Virus record (IMG/VR): IMGVR_UViG_3300006169_000159
Span: 1-42,362 of that record
Reading direction: 5' to 3' (one strand)
Source of the DNA: a virus
Taxonomy: Duplodnaviria; Caudoviricetes
Length of the DNA stretch: 42,362 nt
Under the pieces are notes generated by a model. It had not been told where the DNA came from. It worked only from the letters and a program-made list of their open reading frames with translations, and searched no databases. Positions 35,801 to 42,362 of this stretch are shown one piece after another. Position numbers and translations under genes: made by a program. Position 1 is the first letter of the stretch. The number at the start of each line of letters is the position of its first letter.

Positions 35801-36281
35801 ACGTGTTCGTCAGCGAGACGGTCGTCGAGAGGCCCTCTTCGAGAGGAATGCCAGCCGCGACCGCGAACTCCAAGCCCTGCCGGAGCGTACCGGTCGCCTG
35901 CTTGCCGACGTACCCCATCTGGGACAGCGTGCCGAGGTTCTCGATGACCGACTTGCGGTTGAGACCGTACTGCTGAGACAGGCCGTCCACAGCAGTGGCC
36001 AGTTCCCCGTGCGGACGGATCGCCTGCTCGACCTTCTTGAAGTCCGTCTCGTTGTACGTCGCCCGGACTTCGTTCCATGCGTTCTCGATCTGCACCGAGC
36101 GAGCAACGGCAATACCAGCAGCAGCGACGATCGGGACGGTCAGGCCACCCGTGAGTCCGCGACCAGCCCCCGCAGCGGCACGACTGATACCAGCAAGAGC
36201 GGTCGCGGACGTGCGGGACGCCTGAATCAACTGGGCGTTGTTCAGGACCGCCGTGAAGACAGCCGTGCCGAAGTTGCTCAT
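32892..36281 (-). CDS. tape measure protein with C-terminal peptidase-like domain
   Basis: long Ala/Gly-rich ORF, 11-aa Trp/Phe-spaced repeats, SDHDKGRAID..HYDHVH. Confidence 0.93.
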   Translation of the reverse strand: MSNFGTAVFTAVLNNAQLIQASRTSATALAGISRAAAGAGRGLTGGLTVPIVAAAGIAVARSVQIENAWNEVRATYNETDFKKVEQAIRPHGELATAVDGLSQQYGLNRKSVIENLGTLSQMGYVGKQATGTLRQGLEFAVAAGIPLEEGLSTTVSLTNTFRLEGEKLTDALRGLNKVENDTAASGQDLTDGLRRAGGAAYSLVGPGFSASDAIGSIAGGMAVFKGAGQETMRSADALRAIFQRLYTTGPKVNALFEKMGVSTKDANGNLVPFPKLLGDIGANFDKLNRQEQLQFTKSAIGVEFGPLFDMLIKDVNKGNASLYKTAAEGFKDVKAGAAAYERELKIRGESMQAVIGRIGASFDKFIDSATPVIKSIVTPIANAIATWVDSFSKASPAVQRMVIIVGALIAVIGPLLVIIGIMSAAIGAISLPVIAVIAGIVALIAGIAMFIRWLNQGSDAANKIKAVLGFVAEVVKKYLLAAWGSMSDAIKNLLPILKVVGAVLGVVIVAAVVALAAAIRVAAFAFKVWTEVVQWVANFIVGIFKWIYDVLLGHSIIPDIVNGMKAWFQRGYDIVKSIFTAVKTFLANIWNGIKAVVDAAIGAVMSTIKTGLTNLKNNWTAVWTAIKTAVSTAWTGIKSVVSAAWKALADGLKTGWTNLKTNWSNAWTAIKTTVSNVWTGIKGIFKTFKDGLTSLGSHFGTVQRTIETAWGKVKESAAKPIRFVINTVLNNGLIRGFNAISGKIGGPKIPSISAGFSGGGFTGRGGKYTPAGIVHRGEVVWSQEDINRSGGVKAVETARRSGLPPYWGGGIVDWAKSAWDKVQTGVTSTVDFFKNIGGNLLPDLSGVGNTTLGQILKSGLGKLKDAAIRKLKSVFDMGGNANGAGMGWRAQVAWARRNTPWAAITSTVRTGNPASDHDKGRAIDLAGARMGDTFEAIKRFYKASSVRSLYFSPKGSRQIRFGRVMDTPPHIKTEHYDHVHWAMRRGGVVPGSGSGDRTNLRAEPGEFVLAKNVVRKIGLANLRRANNSRDPLAVLANAAGAPNARGLAMRANPAEFAPGLMRRLDATAITPGVGGARIELDHSGQTIGEQHFHFTINNPIAERASESTQERLRRSSALGLINSRTAKGD

Positions 36282-36712
36282 GTTCGCTTCCCGCCCAACC
36301 CGTCGGAACCGATACCAAACGCTGCCATCACCTGTCGCACCGTCGGAACCTTGCGATTCTTCGGGTTGTCGATCTTGAACATCCTGCGGAAGTTCAGGCG
36401 ACCTGCTGCTGCTGCAACCCTCTTACCGGCCTTTCCGTCAGCCGCGACTCCGCTGAGGAACCCTCCTATGGACTTGGTAACAACTTCTGCGACTGCGACC
36501 GAGAACTCCCGGTCCTGTCGTGACTCCTCGGCCTGCCGGATCGAGATGACATCCACCATCTGGCGGATTCGATCCAGTGGTAGATCGAGGAGCGTCTCGT
36601 CGGTGTAGCCGCCGTACTGGCTCAGGATGAGGTCGAACGCGAACGCCCAAGGTCGCTCGGACCGTTCTTGAACTTCTCCTGCCACTTCGCCAGATACGTC
36701 TTCGCTTTTCCC
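36278..36712 (-). CDS. tail assembly chaperone, -1 frameshift extension
   Basis: -1 frame entered at G GGA AAA, giving GKSED.. Confidence 0.8.
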   Translation of the reverse strand, partial: GKSEDVSGEVAGEVQERSERPWAFAFDLILSQYGGYTDETLLDLPLDRIRQMVDVISIRQAEESRQDREFSVAVAEVVTKSIGGFLSGVAADGKAGKRVAAAAGRLNFRRMFKIDNPKNRKVPTVRQVMAAFGIGSDGLGGKRT

Positions 36713-37158
36713 CACAGCGACCAGAGGTTGTCGCCTTCGTTCTCGATGATGGCGTCGACGATCTCCAACATCTCGTCCGGCTCAGGGTTGTCGATCGCCT
36801 TGTTGAACACCGGAGCGTCCGCAGGGTCGACAGGAGTGACCACGCGCTTCACGAGACGGAGGAAGTCATCCAATGCGAGCGGTAGTGCCACGAGCACCGC
36901 CCCCATGACTTCCGTCTTCAACGAGTCAGGGTCATCAGAGTCGAGCCCTGACAGCGCGTCGCCACCCAGCGTGCTGGTGACGAGTCCCATCAACATGAAG
37001 AACTCGCGGGTCTTCAGGTGCTGCACCTCGCACCTGACTCCACCGACAGTCAGGTCAGCCGGATCGGGGAGGATGATCTCCAAGTCCGGCTTCTTCTCTG
37101 CTGTCTTTCGTGCCTTCGCCTTTGCAGGCTTTTCGATCTCAGCCGTCGTAGCGGTCAT
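36622..37158 (-). CDS. tail assembly chaperone
   Basis: between major tail and tape measure; slippery site. Confidence 0.85.
   Translation of the reverse strand: MTATTAEIEKPAKAKARKTAEKKPDLEIILPDPADLTVGGVRCEVQHLKTREFFMLMGLVTSTLGGDALSGLDSDDPDSLKTEVMGAVLVALPLALDDFLRLVKRVVTPVDPADAPVFNKAIDNPEPDEMLEIVDAIIENEGDNLWSLWGKAKTYLAKWQEKFKNGPSDLGRSRSTSS
36706..36712 (-). other. programmed -1 frameshift slippery site GGGAAAA
   Basis: TGG GGA AAA GCG in the chaperone gene upstream of the tape measure. Confidence 0.85.
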
Positions 37159-37173
37159 GATCACTCCTTGTTG

Positions 37174-37755
37174 TTACGGCTTGGACAGGGCCTTCGCGAC
37201 GGCCTTGCCGCCGACGGGGAAGCCGGAGTACGCGGTCGACAGGAGGACGCCAGCCTCGTTCTTCGTGCTGTACGTCGCCTTGCCCTCGTAGTTGATCTTC
37301 AGGCCATCCTTGTACGACGGACCGTCGAACGTGATGGGGCTGAAGTTCACCTTGAAGAGCACGAGGTCGAGCGTTCGGGGGTTGCCCGAGTCGTCACGAG
37401 CCGGGATGCGGATGAGAACAGGCTTGGGGGCCACGTTCATCGACCGGTCCGTCCACAGGAGGATCTCGTTCTGCTGAGCGGCACCGGCTCCCGAGGACTT
37501 GATCGTCTCGCCCGTGAGCGCGGCAACCAACTTCATCGGCAGGTAGCCACCCTGCACCGTGAGGGTGGCACCGTTGAGCCAGTACCACGTCGACAAAACT
37601 GCGTCGTCGCCCTCGTTGTCGTAGGAGTCGGTGTCGGGGTCCAAAGACGCCTCGTTGACACCGTAGATGTCACCGTCAACCAGTTCCGCGCCGGTCGATC
37701 CATCGAGGACCGCGACGTGGGACAGGCTGAAGCCCTCCACTGTTTCGTATGCCAT
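37174..37755 (-). CDS. major tail protein
   Basis: synteny; EGDD motif; beta-rich 193 aa. Confidence 0.85.
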   Translation of the reverse strand: MAYETVEGFSLSHVAVLDGSTGAELVDGDIYGVNEASLDPDTDSYDNEGDDAVLSTWYWLNGATLTVQGGYLPMKLVAALTGETIKSSGAGAAQQNEILLWTDRSMNVAPKPVLIRIPARDDSGNPRTLDLVLFKVNFSPITFDGPSYKDGLKINYEGKATYSTKNEAGVLLSTAYSGFPVGGKAVAKALSKP

Positions 37756-37879
37756 TGCTGTACACCCTTTCGTTCCTTGCGCATGACGCCCAAGGTGTGA
37801 ACTTTCGGCTGCTCGTGGCTCTTAGATCATGCCACGTCAGCACCGGGTGCAACACGTGTCACGGGCGGACACTCCGACG

Positions 37880-38074
37880 CTACTTCGTCACCGTCTCGAC
37901 GAACTGTCCAGACAGGTCGAAGCGATGCAGCGTCACCTTGCCGGTGCGGCGACGACATTTGTCACACGAGAACTCCAACAGGTTGGCGCTGATCGTCGTG
38001 CGGTCATCTCCGAGCACCTTGCCGAACTGGCGCTGGCTGTCGAGCGGACACCTCATCCCCACTTCTTCACCCAT
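37880..38074 (-). CDS. small zinc-binding protein
   Basis: MRCP..LLEFSCDKC..LHRFDLSG. Confidence 0.7.
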   Translation of the reverse strand: MGEEVGMRCPLDSQRQFGKVLGDDRTTISANLLEFSCDKCRRRTGKVTLHRFDLSGQFVETVTK

Positions 38075-39131
38075 GTGAACTCCCGGCGATCTGGGACATC
38101 CCGATGGTCCGCTCCAACTTCTGAACAACAGTCTTCCAGTCGCACTGTGCACGGATCGCTCCGGACGCCCGGTGGCCCATCTCCTTGGCCTTCCTGCGGT
38201 CGTTGTAGACCTGAAGCATCAGGCTCTTCAGATGCTCCTTCGACGGTGTGGCCACAAGGCTCTCGCCGTTCGGGTCCACCTTCGTGAGGTCGTACTCGAT
38301 CGCATGGCTGTACGACGGGTGCTGCCAGACGGCGTGGCCACCCCAACCGGTCGCGATGCACACCGCTCCGGACAACTGAGCCTCCAAGGCCGGAAGGTTC
38401 TTCCCCTCACCGACCGACGGAGCGACATAGCAGTGGATGCTCTGGATGAACTCCCGGACCTGCTCACGGGACCAGACTTCGTTGATCACCCGAACACCGG
38501 GGTAGACCTCGTCGATCTTCGGATGCAACCCCGGAATGTTCGTCTTCAGGACCAACTCAGCGTCAGCCAACTCTCCCTCGGCCCGGAGTTCGGAGAACGC
38601 CTCGATGGCAGCCCATGGGTTCTTCCGACCGTGCAGAGCACCGAGCATGCCGAAGCGGAAGACTCCGGACCAGTCCTTCTCCTTGTACGGCCAGAAGTCG
38701 GCATCTACGCCACCTTGAAGAACGTCAACCCGAACTGCCGGGTCAGCCTTGCGGAATGCCTCAGCCGAAACGGGGTCGTAGGCGAGGAGGCGAGTCAGGT
38801 GGCGGAACGGCCACCGTCCAGACCCCTTCATGAAGCCGGGGTCAAGGAGCGTCTGCTCCCACATACTCCACCCGATGATGCAGTTCGTCTTGTCGGTGAC
38901 GCCCTCCTTGGGGCGTAGTTCGTTCGGCGGTGCAGCGATCACCAGCGCGTCGATCTTCAGCGGCATCGTCTGGGTGAACATCTGGGCCACCTCGTTCGGC
39001 AGTCCGATCTCCACGAGCGACGGGAACGGATACACCACGTGCCCACGAGCCTTCAGCGCCATCGCCAGACCGATCGAGTCGTTGCCATACCCGGAGTACG
39101 GCGAGAACGGTCCTTGCAGTCCAATCTTCAT
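38067..39131 (-). CDS. GT-B fold (GT4-like) glycosyltransferase
   Basis: SGYG N-terminus, RKN, EGKNLPALEA (E-x7-E), IATGWGG. Confidence 0.9.
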   Translation of the reverse strand: MKIGLQGPFSPYSGYGNDSIGLAMALKARGHVVYPFPSLVEIGLPNEVAQMFTQTMPLKIDALVIAAPPNELRPKEGVTDKTNCIIGWSMWEQTLLDPGFMKGSGRWPFRHLTRLLAYDPVSAEAFRKADPAVRVDVLQGGVDADFWPYKEKDWSGVFRFGMLGALHGRKNPWAAIEAFSELRAEGELADAELVLKTNIPGLHPKIDEVYPGVRVINEVWSREQVREFIQSIHCYVAPSVGEGKNLPALEAQLSGAVCIATGWGGHAVWQHPSYSHAIEYDLTKVDPNGESLVATPSKEHLKSLMLQVYNDRRKAKEMGHRASGAIRAQCDWKTVVQKLERTIGMSQIAGSSHG

Positions 39132-39566
39132 CTATCCAACCTTCACGTCGTAAATCTGCTGCCACCACGAGGTCAAGTTGTTGGGACGGTTCACCTCCGT
39201 CGGCTCGGTCTCCCGGTTTGACCCGAGGACGCGGACGGTTCCCCAGAAGACGACCTCCCGAGTCGTCCGGTGGAAGTGGCGGTCGATCGCCGCGAGTGCA
39301 GCGATAGCCCGGTCGTCGGCATTCTCAGCCGTGATGCCCCCGTCGACCGTGCGCGTCGGGTCGGCCTGAACGATCACTGCGAGGCGTGGATACGTGGCCG
39401 ACTGGGTCGAGCGACCCCAACCACCGACGAGCCTCAGGACAGCCGACACCTTGCCGGTGAGGTCGATCTCCGTCGGAAACTTGTGCTTGTGGACCCCTCC
39501 GGTCAGCAGGGTCATGACGTCGGAGTGCGTGAGCAACTCCCGCCTTCCACCGGTCACGATGTTCAC
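39132..39566 (-). CDS. tail terminator
   Basis: synteny and size. Confidence 0.65.
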   Translation of the reverse strand: MNIVTGGRRELLTHSDVMTLLTGGVHKHKFPTEIDLTGKVSAVLRLVGGWGRSTQSATYPRLAVIVQADPTRTVDGGITAENADDRAIAALAAIDRHFHRTTREVVFWGTVRVLGSNRETEPTEVNRPNNLTSWWQQIYDVKVG

Positions 39567-39946
39567 CAGTAGTCACCCGCCCTTGCCTCAAAGTCAGACA
39601 TCAGCCTGCCGGTCGACGGAGCGAGGTACGGGTGCAACGTCTCCTCGTAGCCCGCATAGTCGACGCCGTACTCCTCCCCGCCGAAGATGACGTCGATCTC
39701 CACCCCCGTGGGCGTCTCACGCTCCTCCAAGCGTCCGGAGTCGTGCAAAGCACCCGAGTCGATGTGGACGCGGTCCTTGGCCTCGTCGAGCATGCCCTGT
39801 GCCCCCGCCCTGTGTGCCGCTCGGGAACGGGCCTCAGCGCCAGCCTGCATCGCAGCGATGCCAACCCACCACTGGGACGTCTCCGAGTGGATGCTGACCC
39901 GCTTGCCACCCATGGGCACCCTAGCCATCATTGCTCCTGAAGACAT
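39563..39946 (-). CDS. HK97 gp10-like neck protein
   Basis: HIDSGALHDS..YAGYEE..PYLAP. Confidence 0.7.
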   Translation of the reverse strand: MSSGAMMARVPMGGKRVSIHSETSQWWVGIAAMQAGAEARSRAAHRAGAQGMLDEAKDRVHIDSGALHDSGRLEERETPTGVEIDVIFGGEEYGVDYAGYEETLHPYLAPSTGRLMSDFEARAGDYW

Positions 39947-40307
39947 CGCCCGCCGTGCCGATGGCGATCTCCCAGTGTGACTGGCTCCGCCACAGCATCT
40001 TCGGATACACCCACACCACGACGAAGCGAGTCCCGTCCGTCGGAAACTCCGGACCAGTGAGAGTCACTTCGTCCTTGTAGTCGAACCCCGGATCTCCGGG
40101 CAAGAACTTGAACGCCACCATGGCCTGAACGGTCAGACCTTCTCGAACGAGCGGGACCGTGCGGGGGACATCGCGGTAGAAGCGAGTGGGGCGAGGCTGG
40201 ATCAGGTCGTGCCAGCCATACACGGCGTTGTCATCGTCGTCCATGCCGGTGACGGAGCGACGGTGCACCACGATGCGGTCGGGGAGGCCGGTCGACGGGA
40301 ACGCCAT
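39921..40307 (-). CDS. head-to-tail stopper
   Basis: synteny; beta-rich 128 aa. Confidence 0.6.
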   Translation of the reverse strand: MAFPSTGLPDRIVVHRRSVTGMDDDDNAVYGWHDLIQPRPTRFYRDVPRTVPLVREGLTVQAMVAFKFLPGDPGFDYKDEVTLTGPEFPTDGTRFVVVWVYPKMLWRSQSHWEIAIGTAGDVFRSNDG

Positions 40308-40310
40308 CTC

Positions 40311-40718
40311 TCACTCCGGATAGTCGAGTTCACCTTCAAGGACGATCTTCTGTCGACGAACGTATCCCAAACCCCATCGAGAGAGAACGCGACTGACCGT
40401 AGGCAGGTTCGACATCGTGGCAGTGAAGCCTCCGGACGCCTTCGTCCAGAAGAGCGTCCCGAGGGACAGTTGGCTGACAGGCAGGGCGAGAATCTCCATC
40501 GCCCCGGCCTTCTCGGCTTCGAGGTACAGGTGCGCCAGTTCGCAAACGGCGTCTCGGTAGTCGAGTTCGTCATCACCCGCCAGAGGGTCGGGGAGACGGA
40601 GTTCTGACGCAAGAGAGCGCCGTGCCCGATCCAGCAGTACCTCAATCCTTGTGACTTCTGCTTCCTCTGTCGGCGTGTAGCCGACGAAGTCACTGAACTG
40701 GGCCGCTGTTACGGTCAC
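40311..40718 (-). CDS. head-to-tail adaptor
   Basis: helical; DAVCELA; synteny. Confidence 0.65.
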   Translation of the reverse strand: MTVTAAQFSDFVGYTPTEEAEVTRIEVLLDRARRSLASELRLPDPLAGDDELDYRDAVCELAHLYLEAEKAGAMEILALPVSQLSLGTLFWTKASGGFTATMSNLPTVSRVLSRWGLGYVRRQKIVLEGELDYPE

Positions 40719-40747
40719 GGCGCTCTCCTGTCGATCAGACGTTCACC

Positions 40748-41428
40748 TCAGAACTTGGTCAGAGCGTTGGCAGCGATGGTGGCTGCCTTCTGACCGTTCG
40801 AAGCGGTGCTCTGGGCAGCCGCCACGGTCGCACCGTTCGAGACGGATGCGTTGGGCTTGAACGGCGTCCAGATGTTGTCCGTGTTCTTCGTGGCAGCGGA
40901 GACACGAGTGCCGTCGCCACCATTGACCGGGACGAGAGGCGTGACCTTCACGGTGGCACCCTTCGGGATGCGACCCTTCAGATCCTTGCCCGTCACGGTG
41001 ACCGGCTGCTGGTTGCCAGCCGTCGCCCCACGGGGACCACCGCTGGAACTGTCGTCGGACTCCTCGTCGGCGGAGACGCCACGGACGTCGGCCAACTGCT
41101 CACGAGCAGCGTCCTCCATCGCCTTCTGCTGCGTCTCGATGGGCGGCTCGTCGACACCCTTGCCCTTCTCGTCGATGGGCGTGCCGTCGTCGTTCTCGCC
41201 GTGCTCGACCACGTCGACCGGGGTCTCGCCCGTGAAGGCGGTCGCTCCGGTGGCGTCGCCGTCACCCGAGGTGTCGCTCGAAGCGCCCGAGACGGTCGAG
41301 CGGTTCTTGCCGGATGCCTCTGCGTCGAGGACGCGAGCCCGCTCGGCTTCGTCGGCACCAGCGAGGTAGTCGTTCACCTCGTCGACCTTGAAGTCCTTCG
41401 GGTCGTCGCCCTGCTTCATCTTGGCCAT
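40748..41428 (-). CDS. acidic capsid-adjacent hypothetical protein
   Basis: VDEVNDYL..ERARVLDAEASGKNRSTV N-terminal motif; long acidic linker. Confidence 0.7.
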   Translation of the reverse strand: MAKMKQGDDPKDFKVDEVNDYLAGADEAERARVLDAEASGKNRSTVSGASSDTSGDGDATGATAFTGETPVDVVEHGENDDGTPIDEKGKGVDEPPIETQQKAMEDAAREQLADVRGVSADEESDDSSSGGPRGATAGNQQPVTVTGKDLKGRIPKGATVKVTPLVPVNGGDGTRVSAATKNTDNIWTPFKPNASVSNGATVAAAQSTASNGQKAATIAANALTKF

Positions 41429-41438
41429 GTCACCCTCC

Positions 41439-42362
41439 TCAGGTGAGGTCGTTGCGAACGGTCATCTGGACGACGTACTCCGCACCGGGGAGCGTCGGGA
41501 AGCCGACCGCCGCGACCTTGACGAACTCTGCCGGAGGCTCGTCCTTGCCGTAGACGGAACCGACGATGCCGGGCGCGTACTGGGTGTACGCGATACCGGG
41601 GATGTTGCGCGACTCCGCCGTGGGGCCGATCAGCGTGTTGCCGAGGCTGATGCTGGTCGGCGGCAGGAGGACGGCCTTGCGGCGGTTGAACGGACGAACG
41701 GCGGTGAGCGTGCCGTCGTGGTTCTCTTCGAGGAACGTCACGTCGTACGGGACGAGCGTGGGCAACTCGTAGATGCCGAAGATCGCGTCCAACTCCTCCT
41801 GCGAGAGGCGGATGGACGGACCACCGGGGCCGCGAGCGAGGTCACGGATCGACGTGTTCTGAAGCAGAACCTGCCGGGTCGTGGGGTCGCAGATCATCCG
41901 GGCCGGACGAACTCCGTGAGCCACCTCGTAGAGGTTGCAGACGTAGTCGAGGTCCTGAACCGGCGTGGCCGTGGCCACGGTCTCCCACCACGTCGACAGA
42001 TTGTCGTCCGTGTTGATGTTGAACTGCTGGGTCGTCGGGACACCGAAGTCGATGCCGACATCGACACCTTCCTGATCGATGACGACCAGATCCTCGGAGA
42101 GCGCCTGCATACGGAGCCACTCGAAGCGGCCCTGCACGGCGGCGATCAACTCGTCGGTCAGGTCGTAGACGTAGTCCAGAACATCCTGCCGGTCGGTCGT
42201 ACCGGGGCGAGGCTGCTTGAACTTGACGATCTCCTTCTCCGACAACTTCGCCTTGCGCTTGATCGGGGGGAGTTCACCGCGAACGGTCGACTCGGCCCCA
42301 GCGCCGGGAGCGCGACGACCATGGATAGGCGCTTCCGCGTCCCAACCCATGACGTTGGCGAG
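41439..42362 (-). CDS. major capsid protein (lambda E-like), 5' truncated by the window
   Basis: PPIKRK..R.EWLRMQAL..IDFGVP; frame open to the window edge. Confidence 0.88.
   Translation of the reverse strand, partial: LANVMGWDAEAPIHGRRAPGAGAESTVRGELPPIKRKAKLSEKEIVKFKQPRPGTTDRQDVLDYVYDLTDELIAAVQGRFEWLRMQALSEDLVVIDQEGVDVGIDFGVPTTQQFNINTDDNLSTWWETVATATPVQDLDYVCNLYEVAHGVRPARMICDPTTRQVLLQNTSIRDLARGPGGPSIRLSQEELDAIFGIYELPTLVPYDVTFLEENHDGTLTAVRPFNRRKAVLLPPTSISLGNTLIGPTAESRNIPGIAYTQYAPGIVGSVYGKDEPPAEFVKVAAVGFPTLPGAEYVVQMTVRNDLT

Noticed and set aside
36622-36715. Tail chaperone frameshift as a novelty
   Set aside because: Real but canonical for long-tailed phages; listed as a feature only
1-42362. 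Genome-wide stop-codon reassignment (TGA=Trp)
   Set aside because: Many genes end in TGA with ATGA/TGATG coupling and no other gene appears fragmented; only one in-frame TGA was seen

Overview
A ~42 kb segment of a high-GC tailed (siphovirus-type) phage genome, most likely infecting a non-mycolate actinobacterium (amidase endolysin and holin, no lysin B seen). Almost all genes are on the minus strand. Reading right to left: major capsid protein (cut by the window edge), head-tail and tail genes with an embedded GT-B glycosyltransferase, major tail protein, tail chaperones with a GGGAAAA -1 frameshift, tape measure, distal tail, a 1,904-aa tail protein, the lysis cassette, and then a separate six-gene fibre module built around a 27 x ~22-aa repeat protein. 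Next come an XRE regulator, an atypical tRNA-Trp(CCA), and a plus-strand secreted beta-propeller-like gene broken by one in-frame TGA at a Trp position. These are followed by an HTH replication-initiator-like gene whose leader looks like a plasmid-type attenuator, a host-type parS palindrome, early gene cassettes behind repeated promoter/operator elements, a recombination/replication block (annealing protein, SSB, Cas4/RecB-like nuclease, DnaC-like loader), an SGNH hydrolase and a RarA-C-terminal/SWIM fusion. No integrase, terminase, portal, parA/parB, reverse transcriptase or CRISPR array is visible. All calls come from reading motifs by eye; no database searches were run.
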